Below, piece by piece: positions 41,648-51,721 of a stretch of DNA of 64,000 bases. The DNA comes from Nitrospirota bacterium (GTDB lineage Bacteria; Nitrospirota; UBA9217), in assembly GCA_963737155.1 (NCBI GenBank), contig CAVTRN010000002.1, positions 160,001-224,000 of the forward strand, in the 5' to 3' direction. The notes beneath the pieces were generated by a model. That model saw nothing but the letters and a program-made list of their open reading frames with translations. It was not told the DNA's origin and ran no database searches. Both the position numbers and the translations under genes were made by a program. Every line of letters begins with the position of its first letter. Position 1 is the first letter of the stretch.

Positions 41648-43519
41648 ATGAAATCATTTCTTTCCCTGATCCTGCTTCTTCTCTGTCTCACCTCGATCGT
41701 CCTTGCCGAACCTATGCCGGAATCCGATATCCCATACCGCTATACATACTGGGATGTCAAATATGACGTCAATGCTGATGGCTCCTTTGTCGTAACTGAG
41801 AAATGGAGCAGGACAGTCCTAAAAGAGAATTCACTTTCGAGGCTTAAAGAGGGTTCGGTAACCTTCAGCACGTCGGTCGCGAAGGGGGAGATCCTCGAGG
41901 CATATACGGTAAAGAAATCGGGACAGAGGATAGATGCCCCCAGGGATAGCTACCAGGTCAATATCCATGACGGATATAAAAAGGCTTCTCCCTTATTCTC
42001 CGATGAAACAACCATCAGCGTGGTTTTTCCTGACCTTGCTGTGGGAGATACGGTGTTCTTTTCCTCCCGGGTCACGAACTCCGTAGGGATATTCCCCAAT
42101 CAATTCTCAACCAGCCACGGTTTTTCCCAGTTTATGGCTCTCGACAATGCTTCCATCGAGATCACCGCACCTGCAACAATGAACCTTAGGACGCAGTCCT
42201 ATTTTCTCGATGAGCAAAAGCCGGAACTGAGGGACGGAAAACAGATTCTGCGTTGGACCTATCGGAACAAGACGCCTGAAAAATGGACGGCTGCTGACAA
42301 AGGCATTTACAACATCGGGGACAGTCCAGCCCTCTATATCTCTACATTCAAGAGCTACAAGGAGATCGTGGACGCCTACGGTGCACGAGCCTTGCCTAAG
42401 GCCGAAGTGACCGAGCGGGTGAAGAAGCTGGCGGCAGAGATTGTCGATGACAAAAAACCCCCTGAAATGCAAGCCCGTTCTTTCTACGATTGGGTTGCGA
42501 AGAATATCTCCTATGGTGGGAACTGCATCGGTATCGGCGCCGTGGTGCCGCGAGATCTGTCAACCGTTCTGGACAACAGGATGGGCGACTGCAAGGACCA
42601 TGCGACCCTGCTGCAGGCACTCCTTGCCTCCCGGAACATTGAAAGCGAACAGGCACTCATCAGTGCGGGCGAGACCTACCAGTTGCCGGACGTGCCCGTA
42701 GTCTCATCAGTGAACCACGTCATCAACTACATTCCGAAAATGAACCTTTTCATCGATGCAACGTCTTCTGATACACCCTTCGGCATGCTCCCGATGAGCC
42801 TTGGTGAGAAGCCTGTGCTGCTGGTATCGCACTATCGAGAGGGGATCAAGACACCGTCCACGGCTCAGTATGGCCATGAGCAGACTATGACGACCCGGAT
42901 CACGATAAAGTCCGACGGGACTGCCACCGGAGATGTGGTATGGAGCCTTAAAGGAATACCGGCAACCATGGCTAGGGCGGTCATGCGCGTTTTCCCGAGC
43001 GGGCAGGAGGATTTTCTGGCGGAGAAGATGCTGGAGGCCCAGGGGATGCACGGTAGGGGAACACTGAAGAAGGACGATCCTGAAGCGTTGATCGATACCT
43101 ACAAGCTCAGCATGTCATTCAGTCTGCAGGATTACGTGACCGTAGGTGTAGCCACAGGCATGGCCGTGAAGCCGGTGGCTGGCAGCTTCCTCCCCATCGA
43201 CAGGTTCCTGGCCACGGTATATCAGCCGGAGATGAAGAGGCCGCAGACCTGCACCGGCGGAAAAAGCGTGGAAGAGTATATCGTGGAGTTCCCAGACAAT
43301 ATGAAAATCATGGCTGTGCCCAAGGATTACGAACTGAGCAGCGCCTTCGTAGACTACCGTTCGACCTACCGGCAAACAGGGAACACAGTGACTGTCCACC
43401 GCGAGTTCAACGATAAGACGCCGACGAACATCTGCACACCGCAGGTGATGGCGGAATACAAAAAAGCTCTCATAAGCATTGCGCGGGATTTGAAAGCGCA
43501 GGTCCTGGTCAGCGATTGA
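41648..43519 (+). CDS. Secreted DUF3857 plus transglutaminase-like protein
   Basis: Signal peptide, FPDL.VGD, and GDCKDHA.LL..LL...NHVI...D catalytic triad. Confidence 0.92.
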   Translation: MKSFLSLILLLLCLTSIVLAEPMPESDIPYRYTYWDVKYDVNADGSFVVTEKWSRTVLKENSLSRLKEGSVTFSTSVAKGEILEAYTVKKSGQRIDAPRDSYQVNIHDGYKKASPLFSDETTISVVFPDLAVGDTVFFSSRVTNSVGIFPNQFSTSHGFSQFMALDNASIEITAPATMNLRTQSYFLDEQKPELRDGKQILRWTYRNKTPEKWTAADKGIYNIGDSPALYISTFKSYKEIVDAYGARALPKAEVTERVKKLAAEIVDDKKPPEMQARSFYDWVAKNISYGGNCIGIGAVVPRDLSTVLDNRMGDCKDHATLLQALLASRNIESEQALISAGETYQLPDVPVVSSVNHVINYIPKMNLFIDATSSDTPFGMLPMSLGEKPVLLVSHYREGIKTPSTAQYGHEQTMTTRITIKSDGTATGDVVWSLKGIPATMARAVMRVFPSGQEDFLAEKMLEAQGMHGRGTLKKDDPEALIDTYKLSMSFSLQDYVTVGVATGMAVKPVAGSFLPIDRFLATVYQPEMKRPQTCTGGKSVEEYIVEFPDNMKIMAVPKDYELSSAFVDYRSTYRQTGNTVTVHREFNDKTPTNICTPQVMAEYKKALISIARDLKAQVLVSD

Positions 43520-43592
43520 CAGGTCAATGGGTGTGGAAGCAAAACGGGAAACCGAGCGCAAATCAAGGAAATAGCAAATATGCCTTAAGCAC

Positions 43593-43639
43593 GCTCATTT
43601 ACCCGAAGGTCAAATGTTCAAATCCTCTCCCCGCCAGCA
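43593..43639 (+). pseudogene. Degenerate 3' half of tRNA-Met; att-like remnant
   Basis: GCTCAT.TACCCGAAGGTC...GTTCAAATCCTCTCCCCGCCAGCA, followed by the hairpin GGGGTTACGGCA..TGCTGTAACCCC. Confidence 0.65.
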
Positions 43640-43777
43640 AATTCAATCAGGGGTTACGGCACATGCTGTAACCCCTTTGTCATCTCAGTGGGCCGGTCCT
43701 TTCTATATGTCTCCGCTTCCTAAAAATAGGTGGCCGACATGGACAACTCCGGTTTTCTATATATAGCGAAATCAGAT

Positions 43778-43942
43778 TTATTTCTCTGCAAGTTGAATCA
43801 GTTTATTGTAAGTTTCTTCAAGTATCTTTACTAATGTAATATCATTTTGCGGTGAACCCGCTGCAGCTGCTTTTGTAATTTCAGCCGCGATTTTTAACCA
43901 TCCATCTTTACCAGAATCCATCAATTGGCTAGTACGGGGCAT
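43778..43942 (-). CDS. Small 54-aa hypothetical protein (below ORF-track cutoff)
   Basis: AAGGAG RBS; MPRTSQLMDSGKDGWLKIAAEITKAAAAG...ILEETYNKLIQLAEK*. Confidence 0.55.
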   Translation of the reverse strand: MPRTSQLMDSGKDGWLKIAAEITKAAAAGSPQNDITLVKILEETYNKLIQLAEK

Positions 43943-44056
43943 ATAGAATATTCTCCTTTGTGAAGTTGTATTTATTTACTTTGACATCATGTGCTCATTG
44001 GCTTGTTTTTTTTAAATCTTTGTTAACTTACACGGATAAATATTTTCTTCATAAAA

Positions 44057-44374
44057 CTATCTATTTTTTTTCTTTTCGATTTCAGCTCCAACAGTTATTA
44101 AATCTACATTAAACTCACCTAAACCCTTAAATCCCCTTTTTATAGCATTTTCTTCATATTTGTTTAAAAGATACCTCAGCTTTTCCTCAAATAATTCCTT
44201 CCCTTTATTGTTTTGAATAAAAGTTTCAAGTACGAATAGCTGCGCTTCAATTTCCGTCTCTATCAAATTCGACCAATTAATCGCCCCTCCAGCACCTTTC
44301 CTTATCCTATCCATCCTGTTTTTTATTGACTGACTTATGGAAATATTTATACGCGTTTTCTTGTCTTTTTTCAT
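44057..44374 (-). CDS. Hypothetical protein with an RHH-like N-terminus
   Basis: KTRINISIS..IK.RMD...INWS.L pattern, in an AT-rich island-like segment. Confidence 0.55.
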   Translation of the reverse strand: MKKDKKTRINISISQSIKNRMDRIRKGAGGAINWSNLIETEIEAQLFVLETFIQNNKGKELFEEKLRYLLNKYEENAIKRGFKGLGEFNVDLITVGAEIEKKKNR

Positions 44375-44593
44375 TTTGCTCACCACCAAAGGTATACACA
44401 CTAAGTGTGTATCTGTCAAGACATTAAAAAAAGGAGCCATCAATCTCAATAATTAACAGCGCCTTTTTTTACATACACTTTATTTTTTACAAGACCATCT
44501 ATTTTATTCTCTATCTCAAACTTTTCGTTTAATACAATACTACTACTGTACGAACTATTTTAAGTTACATTATTGAATTTGCACCAGAAGAAC

Positions 44594-44648
44594 GGTGCCG
44601 GCGGTCGGAATCGAACCGACATGGAGTTGCCCCCAGAGGATTTTGAGT
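44594..44648 (-). pseudogene. 3' half of tRNA-Leu(CAA); att-like remnant
   Basis: Minus strand ACTCAAAATCCTCTGGGGGCAACTCCATGTCGGTTCGATTCCGACCGCCGGCACC comprises anticodon loop, long variable arm and T arm. The 5' half is absent. Confidence 0.8.
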
Positions 44649-45149
44649 AATCCGCAACGAACAGCATCAGATCACTCGGTCAGGTCCAGCTACTGACATA
44701 ACCCTGAAGCTCGCGAGATAGATCGAATACTGTCCATTCCGTATCTGCCCTGTTACTGTCCTGCAAAAGAAAAACGCATTTATGGGTGTCCTAAGTCTTT
44801 GAATTGGCTGGACGGAAAGAGGGGGGCAACGGACTCCCCTTGGGGTAACTCACCTAAGCAATCCATAAACTTCAGCAAATATCACTGGCCATTCCTTCAT
44901 CTGCGACTTCTCCCGCATGATTGAGAACGCTAAATACATGCGTTTTACCTTATGTTGATATTTCCACCGCGGCATAAGCGTTCACGCTGAATAGCTGGTA
45001 TGCTGTCATAACAGCTTACAACTTCTCGGGTAAAAAAAGTGCGCAGACGGCGTTCATTTAATTTATCGTGGCGATGGCAAAAGTCTTCGACCTTAAAATA
45101 AGATGCCTCTGGCATAATGCACGCCAGAGGCTATTATCGTTGGGAATAT

Positions 45150-45182
45150 AGCTCACCCCCCCGCAAGAAGAGGGAGTGAGCT
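45150..45182 (-). terminator. Hairpin directly after the Ig-repeat gene
   Basis: AGCTCAC.CCC...GGG.GTGAGCT, with a second hairpin GCCTCTGGC...GCCAGAGGC at about 45105-45131. Confidence 0.55.
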
Positions 45183-45188
45183 ATCCAG

Positions 45189-48100
45189 TTAAATTGTCGA
45201 TGACATTTGGTTGGAATAATTACTTTCCACGCCCGATGTATCCACATCCGAGACGACAAAGTAATAGGTTCCGGGCGCCATGTTTAATATCTCGGTGATC
45301 GTGGAGGTGCCGGGATTTGGAACACTGACTACCTGCGTGTATACTCCGGATGCGGTTCCGTAATATAGGTTGTACGACGCTATATCAGCGGGAACCAACG
45401 CAGCTCCATTTGTATACGTCGTAGGGGCGGCCCAGTTAAGTGTCACGCTAACCGTAGACGGTGCTGCCGTAATTGTCAGCGAGGCAGTTGCTGAAGCGCC
45501 TCCATAGGAACATGAAATTACCGCCGATCCTGCGGCAACGGCAGTGGCAAGCCCATTCGAGCCCGCTGCGTTGCTGACCGTTGCAGCAGTCGCGTCGGAG
45601 GTACTCCAGGTTGCCAGGGCGGTTAGGTTCTGCGTCGTGTTGTTTGAATACGTTCCGGTCGCGGTAAACTGATAGGTTGTCCCGGTTGGAATAGATACCG
45701 TGAGGGGTGATATGGCGACCGAAACCAGGGTTGCCGGAGTCACGGTCAATGCTGCCGAGCCTGATACGCTCCCTGACGTCGCAGTAATCGTTGTCGAACC
45801 CGTGGCTACCGGGGTTACGAGCCCATTGGATCCTGCGGCGTTGCTGATTGTTGCAATTGATGCCGATGATGACGCCCAAGTCACCGTCGTTGTAAGGTTT
45901 TGTGTAGTGCCGTCGGAATAGGTGCCGGTAGCGGTGAATTGCTCGGTGGTGCCTAACGCGATGCCTGGAGCGGACGGCGATATTGCTATGGAGGCGAGGG
46001 TTGCCGGAGTGACGGTCAATGTTGCCGAGCCTGATATGCTCCCTGACGTCGCAGTAATCGTTGTCGAACCCGTGGCAACCGGGGTTCCGAGCCCATTGGA
46101 TCCTGCGGCATTGCTGATTGTTGCAATGGCTGTCGATGATGACGCCCAGGTCACCGTCGTTGTAAGGTTTTGTGTAGTGCCGTCGGAGTAGGTGCCGGTA
46201 GCGGTGAATTGCTCGGTGGTGCCTAACGCGATGCCTGGAGCGGACGGCGATATTGCTATGGAGGCGAGGGTTGCCGGAGTGACGGTCAATGTTGCCAAGC
46301 CTGATATGCTCCCTGACGTCGCCATAATCATTGTCGAACCTGTGGCAACCGGGGTTCCGAGCCCATTGGATCCTGCGGCATTGCTGATTGTTGCAATTGA
46401 TGTCGATGATGACGCCCAGGTCACCGTCGTTGTAAGGTTCTGGGTAGTGCCGTCGGAGTAGGTGCCAGTAGCGGTGAATTGCTCGGTGGTGCCTAACGCG
46501 AAGCTTGGAGCGGACGGTGTTACAGCAAGAGATACGAGTGTCGCCGGCGTAACGGTCAGCGTGGTAGATCCCGAGATTGCGCCCGATGCAGCCGTGATCG
46601 TGGTCGAACCTGCGGCTGCCGGGGTCGCCAGGCCGTTTAAGCCGGACGCGTTGCTGATGGTTGCGACCGATGTTGACGCTGAGCTCCATGTCGCTGTTGC
46701 CGTAAGATTCTGCGTTGACCCATCGGAATACACGCCGGTAGCGGTAAATTGACTGGTAGTTCCAAGCGCGATGCTCGGGTTTGTCGGCGTTATTTCAAGG
46801 GAAACGAGCGTTGCCGGCGTTATGGTCAAAAGAGTGGTGGCTGATATGCTGCCGGATGCGGCCGCGATTGTTGTGGAACCGATAGCCGCAGCGGTTGCCA
46901 GCCCGTTAGAACCTGCAGCATTGCTGATGGCTGCAGCGGATGTCGCCGATGAACTCCATGTCACCGAATTTGTCAGGTTTTGCGTTGATCCGTCGGAGTA
47001 GGTACCCGTGGCGGTAAATTGGTCGATTGAGCCATTTGTTATGCTTGGATTTGTCGGCGTTATTCCAAGGGAAACGAGCGTTGCCGGCGTTATGGTCAAA
47101 AGAGTGGTGGCCGACATGCCGCCGGATGTTGCCATGATCGTCGCCGACCCTGTTGCGACGGGAGTGGCCAGCCCGTTGGAACCTGCGGCATTGCTGATGG
47201 CTGCAGCGGATGTCGCCGATGAACTCCATGTCACCGAATTTGTCAGGTTTTGAGTTGATCCGTCGGAATAGGTGCCAGTAACGGCAAATTGTTCGGTAGT
47301 CCCCATCGCGATGCTTGGATTGGTAGGTGTTATATCCAGGGATACAAGCGTTGCAGGCGTAACCGTAAACGCAGTTGCTCCTGACACGCTTCCCAGTGTG
47401 GCCGTGATCGATGCTGAACCTGAGGCTACCGGGGCCGCCAGTCCCATTGAGCCAGCCGTATTGCTGATGCTTGCCACGGCAGATGACGAAGAACTCCAGA
47501 CCACGCTTGTCGTCAGATTCTGCGTAGAGTTATCGGAATATGTTCCCGTTGCGACAAATTGCTGGATCATTCCCAGCGCCAGGGTTGGATTCGCCGGCGA
47601 TATTGCTATGGAGACGAGCGTTGCCGGAGTCACCGCCATAGCCGTGGAGCCGGAAATGTTGCCAAACGTCGCTGTGACCGTCGCGTTGCCGGAAGATGCC
47701 GGCGTTGCGAGCCCTATGGATCCCGTTATCGTGCTGACACTTAATATGGATGGTGAGGATGAGTTCCATGTCACATTCTGGGTCATATTTTGAGTGGAAT
47801 TGTCCGAGAAAGTTCCGGTAGCTGTAAACTGCTCCGTTGCCCCTATTGCGATGCTTGAGTTGGCGGGAGTTACCGCGATGGATTGCAAGGTAGCCGGCGT
47901 TGTTGTTAATGTCGTCCAGCCGGATATTTTCCCTCTTCTTGCAGTAATGGTGTTTCTACACGAGCCTCTGTCACCGATATTCCCTAACCACATTATTATG
48001 GCGTTGTCTGTGTCTGACGATCCCCACGTCACCGACGATGTTATGTCCTGGGTTGAATTGTCCGAATATATTCCTGTTGCCGAGAACTGCACGGTGGTCC

Positions 48101-48272
48101 CGGCCGCTATCGTTGGGTTTGTCGGCGTCACTTCAATGGCAACGAGCTGGGCTTGAGTTGAACTGCCGGTGCCGCCTGCCGAGCCGGACTGGGTGCCGCC
48201 TGCGCATGAGGCCAGAATTACCGCTGACAGCAAAGTCAGCACAAATGCAATAAAATCTCTGCTTTTTAACAT
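45189..48272 (-). CDS. Surface lipoprotein with 10 Big_2 Ig-like repeats (Lig-like) and a C-terminal FN3-like domain
   Basis: Lipobox ILASC and ten ~90-aa units L.SI.ITP....A.G.T.QF.ATG.YSD..TQ.LT..V.W.SS. Confidence 0.93.
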   Translation of the reverse strand: MLKSRDFIAFVLTLLSAVILASCAGGTQSGSAGGTGSSTQAQLVAIEVTPTNPTIAAGTTVQFSATGIYSDNSTQDITSSVTWGSSDTDNAIIMWLGNIGDRGSCRNTITARRGKISGWTTLTTTPATLQSIAVTPANSSIAIGATEQFTATGTFSDNSTQNMTQNVTWNSSSPSILSVSTITGSIGLATPASSGNATVTATFGNISGSTAMAVTPATLVSIAISPANPTLALGMIQQFVATGTYSDNSTQNLTTSVVWSSSSSAVASISNTAGSMGLAAPVASGSASITATLGSVSGATAFTVTPATLVSLDITPTNPSIAMGTTEQFAVTGTYSDGSTQNLTNSVTWSSSATSAAAISNAAGSNGLATPVATGSATIMATSGGMSATTLLTITPATLVSLGITPTNPSITNGSIDQFTATGTYSDGSTQNLTNSVTWSSSATSAAAISNAAGSNGLATAAAIGSTTIAAASGSISATTLLTITPATLVSLEITPTNPSIALGTTSQFTATGVYSDGSTQNLTATATWSSASTSVATISNASGLNGLATPAAAGSTTITAASGAISGSTTLTVTPATLVSLAVTPSAPSFALGTTEQFTATGTYSDGTTQNLTTTVTWASSSTSIATISNAAGSNGLGTPVATGSTMIMATSGSISGLATLTVTPATLASIAISPSAPGIALGTTEQFTATGTYSDGTTQNLTTTVTWASSSTAIATISNAAGSNGLGTPVATGSTTITATSGSISGSATLTVTPATLASIAISPSAPGIALGTTEQFTATGTYSDGTTQNLTTTVTWASSSASIATISNAAGSNGLVTPVATGSTTITATSGSVSGSAALTVTPATLVSVAISPLTVSIPTGTTYQFTATGTYSNNTTQNLTALATWSTSDATAATVSNAAGSNGLATAVAAGSAVISCSYGGASATASLTITAAPSTVSVTLNWAAPTTYTNGAALVPADIASYNLYYGTASGVYTQVVSVPNPGTSTITEILNMAPGTYYFVVSDVDTSGVESNYSNQMSSTI
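45460..48150. repeat. Intragenic 270-bp tandem repeats
   Basis: Near-identical units start at 45922, 46192 and 46462 (period 270). Confidence 0.9.
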
Positions 48273-48322
48273 GTCTTTCTCCTCCGCTTAAAGCAACGTT
48301 ATGCCTCGAACCTCTATCTGCT

Positions 48323-48398
48323 GGTTCGGAGAACACAGAGTCAAGAAACTCATTAGTTCCGTAGCTCTGTGTTTCTGGGTTTCCCCAGGTTTGCTCTG
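48323..48398 (-). promoter_or_regulatory. c-di-GMP-I (GEMM-I)-like riboswitch, variant or decayed
   Basis: Leader reads AGAGCAAACCUGGG-GAAA-CCCAG-AAACACAGAGCUACGGAACUAA-hairpin-UGUGUUCUCCGAACCAGC, aligning with the GEMM-I pattern GGCAAA-[GAAA stem]-GACGCAAAGCYACGG.CUAA...UAUG..AGCC. Confidence 0.6.
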
Positions 48399-48879
48399 AG
48401 AAGAGAAAGACTACAGCCTTTCGATTATGGATGTTGCAAATCTGTTGGAAAACCATTGATTGTCCACATACTATGGCGGACCTGAAAAAAGGATTGTGAT
48501 CTGAATTACACGAATGGTGAGATAAATTGTTTACGCCAAAATGATATGATTTGAGTGAGGCGGGCAGGGAAAACGGATATGCAGCCGTGATCATTTACCG
48601 GTTATGCATAGTTTTCCAGTAGCCGCGGATCGTTTTTCCTGCGGTTGGGTGTGTTCTCATAAGGAGAAGATGCTGATGGATCTTAACACAGACAATTCTA
48701 CGACGGGGGTGAGGCATGCTCATGATCGAGTGCCAATATTGAAGACGGCATCATTCCTTTTTTCTGATTGATTCAGTATTATCTCATGATGCAGCCGCTC
48801 AAGAGCGGTGTGAAGTGGCCAGTTTGCAGATTTCATCGGACAATACTACCATCAAATCGGCATAAGCATCGGGGCGACC

Positions 48880-49320
48880 GTGAGCCAAAGTCTTCTGGAA
48901 AGTAAAAATAAAACAAAAACTATTCGTTCTTGAAATAACCGGAGCCCTTCTGCTTCACTTTGATCATGCGGATATCCTGTTCTGCGAGGTTGTTGCTAAA
49001 CGGAATCCGAAAATCGCGCAGAAACGCGAGCACTCAGGTTTCATGCTTTTCAGGGCGATCGTGCAGGTCTTGGGCTGTTGTTTTGTTTTTTCCGTCCGCG
49101 TTCTTACGGCCCGGCAGAGGGGCAGTTTTGGGATTGGCCATTTTCAGAGTACTGAGAATGCTTCTTAAATTCCAAAGTTCCAATCGTTAGCCGGAATCAG
49201 TTCGATATCGGTATCCTGGCCTGTATCGACGCGCGTGAAAATTATCCCTTTTCCCGACCTGCCACGTGGGATAACATTAGCGCCTCTCATCTTTGACCGT
49301 GAAGTGAGCATATCAATTTT
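48880..49320 (-). pseudogene. IS66-family transposase remnant
   Basis: Minus-strand fragment [32 protein letters not shown]. Bounds are approximate. Confidence 0.7.
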
Positions 49321-49333
49321 CAAACAACCCGAA

Positions 49334-49981
49334 TTACTTCCCTGCAACCAACCTTACACCCATATCAAATGCCTTTTGGCAATCCATAGGGAATACTTCT
49401 TCATGCCTCAGCTTCTTTTTTACCGGGTCAAAACGGGTATTAAGAACCTTGGAATAGTCATCAAACTGCAATGTGTCAAAACTGCATATATATTCAGATT
49501 CACCAAAGATTCTTCGAAGTGCTCCATCATAGCGATTGAAATTGACTTCATACTTCCATTCGCGCATGACTTCCTCGGAGACATTCATCGTATAGATGAA
49601 TCCGGTCTTTATCTTCTTGGGGAATAGTGCACCTGGGGGATTGGTGTAGGTCATGTACTGAAACATCCACCGCTCCAAAAATGATTTCATCTCCCCTGAG
49701 ATATCACCCCAATAAATGGGAGACCCCATCAAAACAGCATCAGCCTGTTCAATCCTGCTGAAGATAGAAGCCAGGTCATCCCGAACAACGCATTTACCAT
49801 AACTTTCCCCCCCGAGGGTCTTACAAGCAAAACAACTTATGCACCCTTTATAGTTGAGGTCATAGAGATGAATCAGTTCTGTTATAGCACCCTGTGAGAC
49901 AGCGCCTTCGAGAGCCTTTTGTAGAAGGGTTGCCGTGTTCCATTTCTTCCTTGGACTTCCATTCAAAGCAATTATTTTCAT
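49334..49981 (-). CDS. Iron-sulfur flavoprotein / NADPH-dependent FMN reductase (flavodoxin family)
   Basis: NGSPRK..NT, C.SC..C......C...DD and GSPIYW motifs. Confidence 0.92.
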   Translation of the reverse strand: MKIIALNGSPRKKWNTATLLQKALEGAVSQGAITELIHLYDLNYKGCISCFACKTLGGESYGKCVVRDDLASIFSRIEQADAVLMGSPIYWGDISGEMKSFLERWMFQYMTYTNPPGALFPKKIKTGFIYTMNVSEEVMREWKYEVNFNRYDGALRRIFGESEYICSFDTLQFDDYSKVLNTRFDPVKKKLRHEEVFPMDCQKAFDMGVRLVAGK

Positions 49982-50438
49982 GGGATAACCTCAACCGTGT
50001 GAAAAACCCCGTTTATTAAATGCCGATGTTAGAAGCAGTATAGGAGACGATGGAGAAAAAATCAAGGTAAACCGCAGGGGGCGAATTTGACTCACAATAA
50101 ATGTTACCCAAGTGAATCCTGAAATATTTCGTTGACTCACAATTCATGTTACCGGAACAATCCCCCCAAAAAGGAGGCTGGTTCCGATGAGTCCGCGATA
50201 TTGAGTGCCCCGGTTCGAGATAGACAATATTTTTGGCGAGGTGTAGAATTGTATCTGAGACATGAGGTGCGGACTCCTTCCTCATCATGCATATGCTCTA
50301 GACTGAATGCATGTGTAGAATACATCCTGATTATTAGCATAAGGTTTGCTCGATTGCGTCCAGCATATGGAGAAAAGCCGGACGAGGCATTACCACAACC
50401 GGATCGCAAAGTAGCTGATAACAAAAAGGAGATTAATC

Positions 50439-51464
50439 ATGGAGCATTCACGTAGAACTTTTCTCAAAATAGCTAGCGCAGCGGGGATTGCGGTTGCTGG
50501 AGGAAAATCCCCCTTGCTGGCAGCAGAGAAGCCAGCGCGGGCGACAAGATATACATCCAGCCGGGAACTTCCGAATCAGATGACGTTTTGTACTCTCCGC
50601 CGCGATGGCCGCTTTGTGCTTGGCATCCGCACTTCAAAAGGAGTCCTTGACGTGGAGAAGGCTGCAAAGTTTCTTGGCAAGAGCGCGCCGACCACAATCG
50701 ACGAAGTACTGCAGGGCGTGGACCCCGAGGTCCTCCGAACCTTGGTGGATGCGGCGCTCTCATCCAACGCGGCAAAGGCGGCGTTCATCGACGAGAACAA
50801 GGCTTCCTTCGGGCCCTGCGTGACGAACCCTGAGAAGATCATCTGCCTCGGCTATAACTACAAGAAACACGTGGCTGAGATGCACATCCCGACACCCACT
50901 TCACCGGTCCTGTTTAATAAGTTTAACAATGCGCTCAATTTTCACAACGGCGTCATCAACCTGCCCCAAAAGGTGGCGAAAAAGTTCGATTATGAGGTCG
51001 AACTAGTGATCGTGATCGGCAGAACGACTCGCAACGTGAGCGAAGCAGACGCGCTATCGTATGTCTTTGGCTACTGCACGGGTAACGATTTCTCTGCCCG
51101 TGACCTGCAGTTCAAGACAAGCCAGTTGATGCTAGGCAAGACCTGTGACGGATTCGCGCCCATTGGTCCATGGCTGGTCACCGCCGACCAGGTCCCGGAC
51201 CCGCAGAACCTCAAGCTCGAGTGCCGCGTGAATGGGGAATTGCGCCAATCGTCGAACACAAGCGATATGATCTTCGATTGCAAGACCACCGTCAGCTATA
51301 TCTCCCAGCACTGGACGCTCAAGCCGGGGGACATCATCTTTACGGGCACTCCCGAGGGTGTGATACTGGGCTATCCACCGGAGAAGCAGGTCTGGCTCAA
51401 ACCAGGCGATCAAGTGATGACGTCGATCGAGAAACTGGGAGAGCATCGCTTCATGCTGGTGTAG
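50439..51464 (+). CDS. Fumarylacetoacetate-hydrolase-family protein with a Tat signal
   Basis: SRRTFLK Tat motif, KIICLG.NY..H, DYEVEL, NDFSARD, GKT.DGF.P.GP and PGDII.TGTP.GV. Confidence 0.93.
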   Translation: MEHSRRTFLKIASAAGIAVAGGKSPLLAAEKPARATRYTSSRELPNQMTFCTLRRDGRFVLGIRTSKGVLDVEKAAKFLGKSAPTTIDEVLQGVDPEVLRTLVDAALSSNAAKAAFIDENKASFGPCVTNPEKIICLGYNYKKHVAEMHIPTPTSPVLFNKFNNALNFHNGVINLPQKVAKKFDYEVELVIVIGRTTRNVSEADALSYVFGYCTGNDFSARDLQFKTSQLMLGKTCDGFAPIGPWLVTADQVPDPQNLKLECRVNGELRQSSNTSDMIFDCKTTVSYISQHWTLKPGDIIFTGTPEGVILGYPPEKQVWLKPGDQVMTSIEKLGEHRFMLV

Positions 51465-51721
51465 CCGAAGGCTCGATGGCGAACCTTGTCTGCACGGGCA
51501 GTTGGAAGGGATTAATAAACCGATTCATATTTAAACCTGCATTGCGTACGTCCTGTATCTCAATCACCGTTGCATGTTTTACGTGGAGTTGAGTTTCGTG
51601 TAAAATTAGCGGAGGCGCAGATTTCATTTTGTATCATTGCATTTTGTGGTAATGTTATCTCTTATATAAACAACATCCCGTAGTTACTGAAATTTGCATT
51701 TTAAAAGAGGAGGATCATCTC

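Noticed and set aside
44795-44825. Possible fourth tRNA 3' end (…GTCCAGCCA on the minus strand)
   Set aside because: No recognisable T arm; too short to support.
45448-48156. 413-aa alternative-frame ORF and repeated 89-aa antisense ORFs
   Set aside because: These are frame artefacts of the 270-bp Ig repeats.
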